Positions 9,729-21,391 of a stretch of 64,000 nt of DNA are shown here, piece after piece (the stretch's first letter is position 1; every line of letters starts with the position of its first letter). The DNA is from an uncultured delta proteobacterium (GTDB lineage: Bacteria; Desulfobacterota; Syntrophia; Syntrophales; Smithellaceae). The notes below the pieces were generated by a model. That model did no database searches. It was not told the origin of the DNA and was given only the letters and a program-made list of their open reading frames with translations. The DNA lies in the NCBI GenBank assembly GCA_963813455.1, contig CAWEZF010000008.1:1874-65873 (forward strand), written 5' to 3'. A program made the position numbers and the translations under genes.

Positions 9729-11120
9729 TTATCGATTTTTTTTAGATTGCTTAGCTATTTTTTTCTTAACTCGTTCGAATTCTTCCTCGGTGAGTCGGTA
9801 CTTGCTGAAAGGAATGAAACTGAGCAGTACCATAAGTGCCGGAAAGAGACAGAAAATGACACGCACACCAACAACTAGGCTCTCCGGCTGAACTCCCTCC
9901 CTGACGAAACCGGATAGGGCCAATGCGAAACCAACTATGGGCGGGCCAACAGAGTAGCCAATCTTCTGTCCTGCAGACCACATACCTGAAAAGATGCCCT
10001 CGCGCCGCAAGCCGGACTGCATCTGGTCATATTCCACCGTGTCGGGCAGCATAGAGAAAGGAAAAAGCTGGAAGCTGGAAAAACCAACCCCCGCCAGGAA
10101 GATTTGGACATAGAAAAGCCACAACATATCCGCGCTGGTGAAAAAGAGAGAACTCATCATCACGGTGAAAATAGTCAGGCCAATTAAGTATGACTTTATC
10201 TTTCCCAAGCGCTTCCCCACAGCTAACCAGACCGGAATGAAGAGCAAGCCGGTGATCATGAAAATGGGGAAGGCTATATTCATGGCCGTCTCGGGCAGGG
10301 ACATGACATATTTTACGTAATAGATAAAGCCGGCCATCATTACGCCAATTGCCACCGCCTGGAGGAAGAAGCTCGACATCAGCATCATGAAAGGATAGTT
10401 TCGCGCAGCTATCTTGATCTGTTCTTTCAGGGGTGGCATATCTTTCTGCGGTGGCAGTGAAGGAGCGCTACGCGTGCCCAAAAAGCACCACAGGCAGGAT
10501 ATGACGATAGCCACGGCAAAGACGCTTCCCATGGTGCGGAAACCCGTTACACCGCCACCACCGATATTCACCAGCACCATAGCCAATCCCCCGGCCACAA
10601 GCGCCCCGATAGAGGCAAAGGACATGCGGAAGGATGTTATGGACATGCGTTCGTTATAGTCGTTGGACATTTCCGGCACCATGCTGGCATAGGGCACGTT
10701 GACGATAGTAAAGGCGGTACAGGCCAACGCAAATAGCAGAGAAACCTGGAGCGCATTGGCAAATTCGGTTTGAAAGCCTGGCGCGATAAAAAGAACAAGG
10801 AAGCAAAGGCCGAAGGGCACGGCACCGTATAACAGGTATACCCTCCTGCGTCCGAAGCGGGAGCGTGTCACGTCTGATATGGCACCCATGATCGGGTCGG
10901 AGATAACGTCCCACAGCTTGGGGATAAGCAGCATGGTGCCTGCCAGTGCAGGGTTCACGCCAACCACATTGGTGAGGAAAAACAACAGGAACATGCCGGT
11001 AGTAACGATGAACAAGTTGTTAGATATATCGCCGATACCATAACTCAGCTTGATGCCCAGGGACAGCTTTTTACCGCTTTCCACTTTCTTACCATGCGCC
11101 CTATTGTCAACATTTTCCAT
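9729..11120 (-). CDS. MFS transporter, glycoside-pentoside-hexuronide (GPH):cation symporter family
   Basis: 463 aa, about 12 TM segments, MelB/GPH-type N-terminal pattern (GIGDISNN...DPIMGAISD). Confidence 0.8.
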   Translation of the reverse strand: MENVDNRAHGKKVESGKKLSLGIKLSYGIGDISNNLFIVTTGMFLLFFLTNVVGVNPALAGTMLLIPKLWDVISDPIMGAISDVTRSRFGRRRVYLLYGAVPFGLCFLVLFIAPGFQTEFANALQVSLLFALACTAFTIVNVPYASMVPEMSNDYNERMSITSFRMSFASIGALVAGGLAMVLVNIGGGGVTGFRTMGSVFAVAIVISCLWCFLGTRSAPSLPPQKDMPPLKEQIKIAARNYPFMMLMSSFFLQAVAIGVMMAGFIYYVKYVMSLPETAMNIAFPIFMITGLLFIPVWLAVGKRLGKIKSYLIGLTIFTVMMSSLFFTSADMLWLFYVQIFLAGVGFSSFQLFPFSMLPDTVEYDQMQSGLRREGIFSGMWSAGQKIGYSVGPPIVGFALALSGFVREGVQPESLVVGVRVIFCLFPALMVLLSFIPFSKYRLTEEEFERVKKKIAKQSKKNR

Positions 11121-11314
11121 ATTACCCTCCTTTATTATTATATTAACATTATTTATTTTTTTTAAAAGAGAAAATATACGGCGTTATTGTTCACGGATTG
11201 AAGTCTTCAATCGTCTTCAACATTGATGATTTGAGGATAACAGGAAGAAGTTAATAAACCTGAAGGCCACACGAAGGCACGCGTAACCCAATATCATAAA
11301 TTCCGGAGGGACAC

Positions 11315-11431
11315 CTATTTTTTGCTCAACCATGTAAGCATAGCCTTAACGCTACTTTGGGCCATGTCAATACTTTTATCCGCCGCGCCATAATAGAGAT
11401 GCAGGGCGTCACCTTTTCCAACATAATCTCC
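11315..11431 (-). pseudogene. C-terminal remnant of a GH130-like glycosidase/phosphorylase
   Basis: 39-codon open stretch GDYVGKGDALHLYYGAADKSIDMAQSSVKAMLTWLSKK* with no start codon and a stop just upstream. The YYGAAD tail is typical of that family. Lies upstream of the sugar symporter. Confidence 0.35.
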
Positions 11432-11641
11432 TTAAAGCGATTTATTAGTTTATAAAATGCTGATTAACTGTTTAATGAAAGGAAACATTAACTGCATCCC
11501 TGTTTTACATAGCAAAATACAAGGATATACGTTTATTCTGCGGGAATTAATTCGAACTTCCTTTTGCTGAAGTATCTGAGTTATGGCCATGTATGTCAAT
11601 TGAATGCTAAGCACAGGAAAACACATGTGATAATCATGTTG

Positions 11642-12655
11642 TTAGGAGAAGACACCTTCCAATACCGTGTTGCAGACGGAGCATTTATTGCCGATGAGAT
11701 TCACGCCGGCAATGCTGAAACCATAGCGTTCGATTAAAAGTTGACGGCAGTTAAAGCAATACGTGTTTTCACCATCATCGCCGGGAACGTTGCCGCAATA
11801 TACATATTTTAACCCCGCCTGTTTGCCGATTTGCGCCGCCCGGTGCAAAGATGAAAGAGGCGTCGGGGGCAGATCCCGTTTTTTGAATTGCGGATGGAAA
11901 CGGCTGATGTGCCAGGGGGTTTCCCCGCCTATTGACGCGATAAATTCCGCGATATCTTTTAATTCTCCTTCGCTGTCGTTTAGCGTGGGAATGAGGAGCG
12001 TGGTAATTTCCACCCAAATACCCAAAGACTTCATTTTTTTTAAGCTATCCAACACAGGTGTAAGCTTTGCGCCGCATTGCTTTTTATAAAATTCATCGCG
12101 GAAAGATTTCAGATCAACGTTGGCTGCGGATAGATACGGCGCGATCATTTCAATCATCTCTGTGGTCATAAACCCGTTGGTGACAAAAATGTTTTTAATA
12201 TCAAAATCGTGGGCAATTTTGGCGGTATCGTAGGCCAGTTCAAAATAGATTGTCGGTTCAGTATAGGTATAGGCAATTGTTTTGCAGCCGTTTTTTTTCG
12301 CTTGCCGGACAATGTCTTGGGGAGAAACTTCATCGCCCGCTATCATGCGCGTGGCGCGCGGCATTTGTGAGATTTCGTGATTCTGGCAAAAAGCGCAGGC
12401 AAAATTACATCCCGCTGTGGCAATGGAATAGGAAGAAGAAGCGGGCAAAACATGAAAGAATGGTTTTTTTTCGATGGGATCAATGTTTTCCGCCACCAGT
12501 GTTCCGTAAACCAGGGAGTAAAGAACGCCGTCTCTATTTTCTCTGACGCCGCATATTCCTATCTTGTCAGGATTGATTTTGCACCGGTGCGCGCACAAAT
12601 TGCAGCGCACAATCTTATTGTCCTGCTTTTCATAGAGAAGCGCTTCTCTAATCAT
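11642..12655 (-). CDS. amrS: AmmeMemoRadiSam system radical SAM enzyme
   Basis: 337 aa with an N-terminal CNLCAHRC...GICGVR cluster and the radical-SAM motif CNFACAFCQN. Confidence 0.8.
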   Translation of the reverse strand: MIREALLYEKQDNKIVRCNLCAHRCKINPDKIGICGVRENRDGVLYSLVYGTLVAENIDPIEKKPFFHVLPASSSYSIATAGCNFACAFCQNHEISQMPRATRMIAGDEVSPQDIVRQAKKNGCKTIAYTYTEPTIYFELAYDTAKIAHDFDIKNIFVTNGFMTTEMIEMIAPYLSAANVDLKSFRDEFYKKQCGAKLTPVLDSLKKMKSLGIWVEITTLLIPTLNDSEGELKDIAEFIASIGGETPWHISRFHPQFKKRDLPPTPLSSLHRAAQIGKQAGLKYVYCGNVPGDDGENTYCFNCRQLLIERYGFSIAGVNLIGNKCSVCNTVLEGVFS

Positions 12656-13434
12656 TTCTTTGTCTCTTGCAGCATGTCCCGCGCGGTTCCGGGCGCCGCC
12701 CGGCGGGCTTTTCCGTTCATATTGAAAGGTTCAAGTAAAGGGTTCTGAACAGTGCGGTAGGTGTATTTAACCGGGAATACGAGGCCGGTGAAAGCTCCTA
12801 AAGGATTATTGATTACCGGCAGCATTTCTTCCAGTTCTTCAAAAAAGCTGTAAACAAATGCGGGAAAATAAATAACGCTTCCCCATTTAATTTCAGGATT
12901 GGTTATTATATTTCCCACCGTAAGTTTTATTTCATTTAAGCTATAAAAACGTGATTGTGTTGAAATAGGAATGCCGAAAAGTTCCTTTAGCCTTTGTCTG
13001 GTTCCGGCAAGCGAATAATTGTTAATGAAGCCGATAAATACCCTTCCGCGGCAAACCCTGATTGCCTCGGTGATGACTTTACGCGGGTTTAACGAAGTTT
13101 CCAGAGCATTGATTACAGTTACAATATCGAACTCGTCATCGGAAAAAGGAATGTCTTCCGGCTGGCCGACAATTAAATCCGCTGCCGACCCTAATTTGTT
13201 TTTGGCGATATCCAGTGATTTCGCGCTGGGATCCAGGCCGGTTATTTGGCACCACTTTTCCTTGAACAATTCGAGATGGTTGCCCGTGCCGCATCCTATA
13301 TCGAGCACTCTTTCACCCGCATCCGGCTTGACCATGTCAAAAATCAGTTCTTTTTGGCGGGAAAAAATGTAACGCCCCAACTGGGTTCGCAGATGATCGT
13401 CTGGTGATTTAGCCGTATTTTGGTTGAAAAACAT
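12652..13434 (-). CDS. class I SAM-dependent methyltransferase
   Basis: 260 aa with VLDIGCGTGNH motif I. 4-nt overlap with amrS. Confidence 0.8.
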   Translation of the reverse strand: MFFNQNTAKSPDDHLRTQLGRYIFSRQKELIFDMVKPDAGERVLDIGCGTGNHLELFKEKWCQITGLDPSAKSLDIAKNKLGSAADLIVGQPEDIPFSDDEFDIVTVINALETSLNPRKVITEAIRVCRGRVFIGFINNYSLAGTRQRLKELFGIPISTQSRFYSLNEIKLTVGNIITNPEIKWGSVIYFPAFVYSFFEELEEMLPVINNPLGAFTGLVFPVKYTYRTVQNPLLEPFNMNGKARRAAPGTARDMLQETKK

Positions 13435-13530
13435 GAAATGTTTTCCCTCAACTAAAGTGTATCGATTAGAGCTAAACTTTCCCGCTATATATCAAATTTT
13501 ACAAATACATACAATTTACTAAATATGCCT

Positions 13531-14524
13531 TCAGCCGCCGATTTCGGACATTTCCCGCTGGCATTTCCTCAAATGCTCAGGGCTGCAACTTATGTCGTGC
13601 TCTTTTGGTTTTAACGTTATAACATCGCTTACAAACTTTTTCAATTCGGCATCACTGCAATTTTGCCTGAGCAGTTTTTTTAAATCGAATTCTTCGTCTC
13701 TAAGCAGGCAGGAGCGAAGTTTGCCGTCGGCGGTCAGGCGTAAGCGGTTACAGGTTGCGCAAAAGTGACCGCTCAGCGGGCTGATGAAACCGATTTCCCC
13801 GCGTCCGCCGATAATTTTAAAAATGTTTGCCGGACCGTCCGCCTTGTTCTTTTTTCCCTTCAATTTTTTCCAGTTTGTAACGGGTTGTAATCTTTTTCAT
13901 AATCTGATCAATTGGCAGATAATTTTCCGCGTGAAAAGATTGCGCCTGCCCAAAGGGCATCAACTCAATAAAGCGCACCTGGAAGGGTTTTTCAAAAGCG
14001 ATTTTGGAAAAATCGAGAATTTCATCATCGCTGAAGCCGCTCATGGCAACCGTATTTATTTTGATTGGTGCAAAACCTATGTCTTCCGCTATTTTTATTC
14101 CCCGCAATACGTTTTGCAGATTGCCGCCGCCCGTGATTTTTGCGTATTTATCTTCGTTGAGCGAATCAAGGCTGATATTGATACGGTGAATCCCCGCCTG
14201 GAAAATGCTTTCGGCAAATTCCGGGAGCAAAATGCCGTTTGTCGTCAGGCTGATATCCTGCAGTCCTTCAATTTTTTTCAGCGCGGAAATGAAATCGATA
14301 AAACCTTTTCTTACCAACGGTTCCCCACCGGTTATCCGCACCTTGATCAGCCCCATCTTCACCGCAACGGAAACGAAGCGGATAATTTCTTCGTATCTAA
14401 GTATGTCATCATGTCCCTGGAGAGAAATCCCTTCTTTCGGGCGGCAGTAGGTGCAGCGAAGATTACAGCGATCGGTAATGGAGACGCGCAGGTAGTTAAT
14501 TTCACGTTCAAATTTGTCCAACAT
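13531..14524 (-). pseudogene. moaA: GTP 3',8-cyclase MoaA, reading frame broken once (or sequence error)
   Basis: N-terminal ORF 13817-14524 carries CNLRCTYC. C-terminal ORF 13531-13863 carries GFISPLSGHFCATCNRLRLTADGKL. The two frames overlap in a region with A5-A6 runs. Confidence 0.8.
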
Positions 14525-14646
14525 AAGTATCTAGCGACCTAATTTTATTGTGAGACAAATAGCATAATCGGTGAAACAATACAACGTATCGTTGGTTTTT
14601 CAAATTGTTCATTGAGCGTAAACATAAAAAATAAAAGCGAATGTTC

Positions 14647-14675
14647 TTGACAGGAAACAGGTTCTTTACTAAACA
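14647..14675 (+). promoter_or_regulatory. possible sigma70-type promoter for greA
   Basis: TTGACA, 17-nt spacer, TAAACA, about 75 nt upstream of the greA ATG. Confidence 0.3.
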
Positions 14676-14751
14676 AAATTGAAATTTCAATTCTTTCCGC
14701 TGTTTTGTGTAATTCTTGTCAAAACAAGGCAAAAAATAAATTGGAGAATTT

Positions 14752-15228
14752 ATGGAGAAGATTCCTATTACCAAATCGGGTTTTGAGAAATTGAAAAAAG
14801 ATTTGGAAACATTAAAAAACGTATCCATACCTGAAAACGTTCGTGACATCGAAGAGGCGCGCGCCCACGGAGATATTTCTGAAAACGCCGAATACGCGGC
14901 GGCAAAAGAACGACAATCTTTTCTGCAGGGAAAACTGCAGGAGCTGGAAAACAATCTGGCCATGTCCAATGTTATTAGTTTAAAAGGATTGACCGCCGAA
15001 AAGGCTACATTTGGCTGTTATGTGACAGTCGCGGACAGCGACAGCGGCGAAGAAATAAAATATCAGCTCGTAGGACCGCTCGAATCAGACATCAATCAGA
15101 ATAAAATATCCGTAACTTCACCCATCGGGAAAGCGCTGATCGGCAAAGCTGTCGGAGCGGAAATCATCGTGAAAACTCCTGGCGGAACGCGCAGTTTCGA
15201 AATTATGGATATATCCATTCAAAAATAA
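14752..15228 (+). CDS. greA: transcription elongation factor GreA
   Basis: 158 aa with typical GreA N-terminal coiled coil (ARAHGDISENAEYAAAKE) and C-terminal FKBP-like domain. Confidence 0.9.
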   Translation: MEKIPITKSGFEKLKKDLETLKNVSIPENVRDIEEARAHGDISENAEYAAAKERQSFLQGKLQELENNLAMSNVISLKGLTAEKATFGCYVTVADSDSGEEIKYQLVGPLESDINQNKISVTSPIGKALIGKAVGAEIIVKTPGGTRSFEIMDISIQK

Positions 15229-15344
15229 TAAAATATTCCTATTCAAGAATAACCTTGGCATCAACCGCGACAAGTCCCGCACAAGTAACGATTAACGGAT
15301 TGATATCAATTTCCGCATTAAGCCAATAATTTAATATAAAAAAA

Positions 15345-15376
15345 TAAGGCAGCACGTTAATGAGCGCGCTGCCTTA
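15345..15376 (-). terminator. rho-independent terminator after atpC (possibly bidirectional with greA)
   Basis: 9-bp stem TAAGGCAGC/GCTGCCTTA, followed by a T7 run on the minus strand. Confidence 0.7.
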
Positions 15377-15431
15377 TTACTGAATATTTGAAAATGTTGT
15401 AGCGTAAAATCCTAATCTTTAAATGCGCGAA

Positions 15432-15839
15432 TTATTGTTTTTCCGCGACGCTTATGCGAGTTATGGCTCTGGCCAGCGCGGCGCTCATTTTTTCATATTC
15501 TTCATTATCCTTGGCGATTTTGGCCAGCCGGTCTTCCGCGTTATCTTTAGCCTTTCTTGCCCTGTTAACGTCGATCTGGTCTGATCTTTCCGCTGTTTCG
15601 ATCAGAATAGTTACCTTATTTGACGTTACTTCGGCGTAACCGGTATTGACGGCAAAATACACTTTTTTATTGTTGCGCGTAAAATTCAGCTGGCCTATAT
15701 CCACAGAACTTAAAAGCGCCTCATGGCCACGCAGCACTCCAAATTCGCCTTCGGTGCCCGGTATCGTAACTTCTTCCACGTTACCCGAGAAAGCCATTCG
15801 TTCCGGTGTTACAATTTCTAGAGTTAAATCATCAGCCAT
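15432..15839 (-). CDS. atpC: F1 ATP synthase subunit epsilon
   Basis: 135 aa. Position after atpD and typical sequence (LEIVTPE...). Confidence 0.9.
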   Translation of the reverse strand: MADDLTLEIVTPERMAFSGNVEEVTIPGTEGEFGVLRGHEALLSSVDIGQLNFTRNNKKVYFAVNTGYAEVTSNKVTILIETAERSDQIDVNRARKAKDNAEDRLAKIAKDNEEYEKMSAALARAITRISVAEKQ

Positions 15840-15860
15840 TTTACTTGCTCCAATCCGATA

Positions 15861-17297
<1,437 letters not shown>

Positions 17298-17331
17298 TTA
17301 TATTTTACTTACGGCAAGCGGCTTTGGTTCT

Positions 17332-18207
17332 TTATCCTTTTGCCAGAGCTTCCGTACCGCCTACGATATCCATCAGCTCTGCGGTAATGGCAGCCTGCCT
17401 TGCTTTATTCATTTTAAGAGTTAATGAACGAATTAATTCCTCGCAGTTACTTGTCGCGTTGTCCATGGATGCCATTCTGGCGCCGTTTTCACCGGCTGAT
17501 GTTTCCAGAAGAGCCCGGTAAACAAGCACGTGAACATACATCGGCAAAAGTTTCTGTAAAAGCGCTTCTTCCGAAGGTTCATATAAATAATCCAGGCGTT
17601 TGTCTGAATCCGCGTCAAGATCCTGTCCAATTGAGGGCAGGGGGAACAACCGGACGACCGTAGGTTTTTGGACAGAAACGTTCACGAACTGATTATAAAT
17701 CAGATAGAGCTCGTCATATTCTTCTTTGATAAAAGGCGTGATCACTTCGCTGGAAATGGAAGCAGCCAGCGTCATGTCAAACTTGTTTAAAAGATCAACC
17801 CATTGACCGATTACTTTAGCTTTCTTCCGGAAAAAATCTCTGCCTTTGCGCCCGACATTGATCATTGAAACTTCTTTGCCTTCGTTGGTTTTGTCGCGCA
17901 AAAACCTTTCCGTAGCTTTAATGATGTTAGTGTTAAATCCGCCGCACAGTCCGCGGTCAGAAGTCATGCAGATAACCCTTATGCGCTTTGGTTCACGAAC
18001 CGCCAAAAGCGGATGGGAGATGCTTTCCGCGCGCAGGGCCAGAGAATTGAGCACATCCATGAATTTTCCGGCGTAGGGACGGAAGTTATCCATCCGCATC
18101 TGCGCGGCTTTGAACTTCGACGCCGCCACCATATTCATGGCGCGCGTTATCTGCTTCGTTTTTTGAACGGCGCTTACTTTATTTTTTATGTCTTTAAGAG
18201 AGGCCAC
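17332..18207 (-). CDS. atpG: F1 ATP synthase subunit gamma
   Basis: 291 aa with N-terminal IKNKVSAVQKTKQITRAMNMVAASK and a C-terminal ITAELMDIVGG-type helix. Confidence 0.95.
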   Translation of the reverse strand: MASLKDIKNKVSAVQKTKQITRAMNMVAASKFKAAQMRMDNFRPYAGKFMDVLNSLALRAESISHPLLAVREPKRIRVICMTSDRGLCGGFNTNIIKATERFLRDKTNEGKEVSMINVGRKGRDFFRKKAKVIGQWVDLLNKFDMTLAASISSEVITPFIKEEYDELYLIYNQFVNVSVQKPTVVRLFPLPSIGQDLDADSDKRLDYLYEPSEEALLQKLLPMYVHVLVYRALLETSAGENGARMASMDNATSNCEELIRSLTLKMNKARQAAITAELMDIVGGTEALAKG

Positions 18208-18236
18208 CTAAATATTCTCCTCAAAAGCTTAATTTC

Positions 18237-19751
18237 TTAATCGGCAACAAAAGCGGAATCGAAAGCGGTCAGCATTTCCTTCATTTTCTTTTCCAGTTCC
18301 GGAGAGATAACTTTTTGTTCTTCAATATCCTTCATGATATTGGCGTACTTATTCTCTGCGAAACTCAAGAGTTGCTGCTCATACTCGTGGACCTTATCGA
18401 CTGGATACTTATCGATGAATCCTCTGGTTCCGGCAAAGAGAACGACCACTTCCTTGGCCAAAGACATGGGTGCAAACTGCGGCTGTTTCAATAATTCCAC
18501 CAGACGCACACCGCGGTCGAGCTGTGCCTGCGTTGATTTATCCAGATCAGAGCCAAACTGCGCGAAAGCCGCCAGCTCTCGATACTGAGCCAAGTCAAGT
18601 TTCAGCGTGCCGGCCACCTGTTTCATGGCTTTAACCTGCGCCGCGCCGCCGACTCGGGAGACGGACAAACCGACGTTGATTGCCGGGCGAATACCGGAGA
18701 AGAACAAGCTTGGTTCCAGATAAACCTGGCCGTCGGTAATCGAAATAACGTTTGTCGGGATGTAAGCTGAAACGTCGCCGGCCTGGGTTTCAATAACCGG
18801 CAGAGCAGTGAGCGATCCGCCGCCCAGATCAGCGCTGACACGCGCCGCGCGTTCCAGCAGACGTGAATGGTTGTAGAAAATATCACCGGGGAAAGCTTCA
18901 CGTCCGGGGGGTCGGCGCAGCAGAAGCGAAATCTGGCGGTAAGCGACGGCCTGTTTGGAGAGGTCATCGTAAATAATTAAAGCGTCCTGGCCGTTATCGC
19001 GGAAATATTCACCGATACTGCATCCGGCGTAAGCCGCGATATACTGAAGAGTGGCGGGGTCGGAAGCGCAACCGGCAACCACGCAGGTGTAAGACATGGC
19101 GTCGTGCTGGCGCAGTCTTTCCACAACCTGTGCCACGGTGGATTTTTTCTGGCCGATGGCGACGTAAATGCATTTCACGCCGGTATCTTTCTGGCGGATA
19201 ATCGCGTCCACGCAGATGGCCGTTTTGCCGATCTGACGGTCGCCGATAACGAGTTCGCGCTGGCCGCGGCCGATAGGGGTCATCGCGTCAATGGCTTTGA
19301 GTCCCGTGTACATCGGCTCGTTAACCGGCTGGCGCTGAATAACACCGGGAGCGACCATTTCTATACGGCGGAATTCCTTTGTTTCAATCGGGCCTTTGCC
19401 GTCAAGAGGCGCTCCCGTGGCATCGATGATGCGGCCTAAAAGAGCTTCGCCTACCGGAACCTGCGCGATTTTTCCTGTTCTTTTGACAATGTCACCCTCT
19501 TTAATGTGGGTAACTTCGCCCAGAACGGCGACACCAACATTGTCAGCTTCCAGGTTTAGAACCATGCCTAAGATTCCGCCGGGAAATTCCAAAAGCTCCA
19601 TCGCCATGGCGTTCTGCACTCCATAAACTCTGGCAATGCCGTCACCGACGGACAGGACAGTCCCTGTCTCGCTTATATCCAGCTTTTTCTCGTAGCTTTT
19701 AATTTGCTCAGAGATAATTTGACTGATTTCTTCCGCTCTGATTGTATCCAT
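18237..19751 (-). CDS. atpA: F1 ATP synthase subunit alpha
   Basis: 504 aa with Walker A GDRQIGKT. Confidence 0.97.
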   Translation of the reverse strand: MDTIRAEEISQIISEQIKSYEKKLDISETGTVLSVGDGIARVYGVQNAMAMELLEFPGGILGMVLNLEADNVGVAVLGEVTHIKEGDIVKRTGKIAQVPVGEALLGRIIDATGAPLDGKGPIETKEFRRIEMVAPGVIQRQPVNEPMYTGLKAIDAMTPIGRGQRELVIGDRQIGKTAICVDAIIRQKDTGVKCIYVAIGQKKSTVAQVVERLRQHDAMSYTCVVAGCASDPATLQYIAAYAGCSIGEYFRDNGQDALIIYDDLSKQAVAYRQISLLLRRPPGREAFPGDIFYNHSRLLERAARVSADLGGGSLTALPVIETQAGDVSAYIPTNVISITDGQVYLEPSLFFSGIRPAINVGLSVSRVGGAAQVKAMKQVAGTLKLDLAQYRELAAFAQFGSDLDKSTQAQLDRGVRLVELLKQPQFAPMSLAKEVVVLFAGTRGFIDKYPVDKVHEYEQQLLSFAENKYANIMKDIEEQKVISPELEKKMKEMLTAFDSAFVAD

Positions 19752-19757
19752 GCTTTA

Positions 19758-20297
19758 TTATGCCTCCCCTAAGAGATTTCTCATATTATTCAGTTGGGTT
19801 CTTACGCTGCCGTCGTAAAGCGTATCACCTACACCGATGACCACGCCGCCTAAAAGATCCGGCACTGTTTCGATGGTAATTTCAGCTTTGCGCCCTGTTA
19901 TTTTTTCCATATTGGAAGTTATGAATTCCTGCATTTTCCCGGACATCGGGAAAGCCGTTTTTACGTTAATTCTCACTGTTTTCAAAGCTTCATCCATTAA
20001 CTGGCGGTAACAGGTTTCAATATCAGACAGGGCGTCGATGCGTCTTTTATCAACAAGCAGCTTTATAAAATTTACTGTTAAATTGGAAAAATTCAGCTTG
20101 CTGATGAGTTTTTCCACCACGGCCTTTTTGTTATCCTGCTCAATTATTGGATTGTCTAAAAATTCCTTGAGAGCTTTGTTTTGCGTGATCATTGAAGAAA
20201 AACTGCTAAGCTCAGCATAAAACTCCTCTAGTTTTTTTTCACTTGCCGCGATTTCGAAAAAAGCTTTCGCGTAACGCTTGGAGATATTGCTGATCAA
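19758..20297 (-). CDS. atpH: F1 ATP synthase subunit delta (OSCP)
   Basis: 179 aa. RYAKAFFEIA start is typical of delta subunits; position supports it. Confidence 0.9.
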   Translation of the reverse strand: MISNISKRYAKAFFEIAASEKKLEEFYAELSSFSSMITQNKALKEFLDNPIIEQDNKKAVVEKLISKLNFSNLTVNFIKLLVDKRRIDALSDIETCYRQLMDEALKTVRINVKTAFPMSGKMQEFITSNMEKITGRKAEITIETVPDLLGGVVIGVGDTLYDGSVRTQLNNMRNLLGEA

Positions 20298-20887
20298 TTT
20301 TTAGTCACCACCTTATCAAGATATTCTTTGATCATGGTTTCATGATCGTTTTCGGTAATGTTTCTCTTTAAGATATCTTCCGCCATTTTAACAGAAAGCT
20401 GAACCGCTTCTCCGCGCAACTGAGCAGAAGCCTTTTGTAGTTCCTGTTCAATTCGCGCCTGCGCGTCTTCTTTCATTTTCTGCGCTACTTTTTTGGCGTC
20501 ATCAATTATTTTCTGTTTTTCGGCAACGCCCTGGGCTTTAATCATTTCAAAAAGGCCGTCTATTTCCGCCGAGGCCTTGTCAATTTTTTCCGCGTAATCA
20601 CGGTATTTTTTTTCAGCTTCTGTTTTTTGCGTTGCCGTGTTTTCCAGGGTTTCTTTTATATCTTTGCGCCGGTCAATGAAAAAAGCTTTTATTTTGTCTG
20701 CCAAAAGCCAGTATAAAAACCCCATCAGTACAAGAAAGTTCAGTGTCTTCCATGCGAGTCCAATCCATTCGGCTTTGCCACGATGAGTTTCTTCACCGCC
20801 CGCGGCAAAAACAAAGCCCGCGTAAAGCGCGACAAGCAAAAATGATAAAAAAGCGGTAAATAATTTTGACCGGAAGATTTTTTTCAT
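20294..20887 (-). CDS. atpF: Fo ATP synthase subunit b
   Basis: 197 aa with one N-terminal TM region followed by a long charged helix. Confidence 0.85.
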   Translation of the reverse strand: MKKIFRSKLFTAFLSFLLVALYAGFVFAAGGEETHRGKAEWIGLAWKTLNFLVLMGFLYWLLADKIKAFFIDRRKDIKETLENTATQKTEAEKKYRDYAEKIDKASAEIDGLFEMIKAQGVAEKQKIIDDAKKVAQKMKEDAQARIEQELQKASAQLRGEAVQLSVKMAEDILKRNITENDHETMIKEYLDKVVTKN

Positions 20888-21318
20888 CTGACACTCCTTC
20901 CGAGAACTTTTTGCGCGATGTCCACAGATAATTTTTTGGATTGTTCGTCCAGAAGCTTCCGGGCGGCGGTAATTTCCTTCTCGATTTTTTGCTGAAATTG
21001 CTGAGTCAGGGCGGGTATTTCACCGCGCACGGCGTCAACAATTTTTTTTGCCTGTTCATTACCTTCCAGAATTATTTCCTTTTTTAATTCGGAAGCGCTG
21101 GCTTTTGCCTGCTTTAACTTTTCTTCGTACTCGGAGGCTTTTTTGTCTACTGAGTCGTTAAAAAGTTTAATTTCATTTTCCAGCTCTTCGAGCTGTTTTT
21201 TGCGGCGGTCGATAATTTTCAGGATGGGTTTGTAAAGCAAAATATTAAGAACGAAAACCAGAGCCAGAAAAATAGCCATCTGGTATAAAAGCGTTATATC
21301 GGGGATGACATTAACCAT
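20884..21318 (-). CDS. Fo ATP synthase subunit b'
   Basis: 144 aa with a single TM segment plus coiled coil. It is the first gene of the atp block; no a or c subunit genes are adjacent. Confidence 0.8.
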   Translation of the reverse strand: MVNVIPDITLLYQMAIFLALVFVLNILLYKPILKIIDRRKKQLEELENEIKLFNDSVDKKASEYEEKLKQAKASASELKKEIILEGNEQAKKIVDAVRGEIPALTQQFQQKIEKEITAARKLLDEQSKKLSVDIAQKVLGRSVR

Positions 21319-21343
21319 TCTTTACCTCGTTGCTGTTGTTGCA

Positions 21344-21391
21344 TAAAAAAAGCCGGCTGCTGAACATTTCTTTTGTTCACCCGGCGGCTTT
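21344..21391 (-). terminator. terminator-like hairpin plus T7 run, 25 nt upstream of the b' start codon
   Basis: Minus strand AAAGCCG..TGAACA-loop-TGTTCA..CGGCTTT followed by TTTTTTT. The stem is imperfect, with an internal loop. Confidence 0.45.

Noticed and set aside
13784-14542. 252-aa plus-strand ORF
   Set aside because: It lies entirely antisense to moaA, whose radical-SAM motifs are unmistakable. Its composition is low-complexity and no family is recognisable. It is a shadow ORF.
14525-14751. Moco riboswitch upstream of moaA
   Set aside because: Reading the minus-strand leader, I could not find the conserved Moco-motif core. The region is AT-rich and appears unstructured.
14508-14969. 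153-aa minus-strand ORF overlapping the greA start
   Set aside because: It overlaps the greA coding region and its promoter region and has no RBS or family similarity. greA is clearly the real gene.
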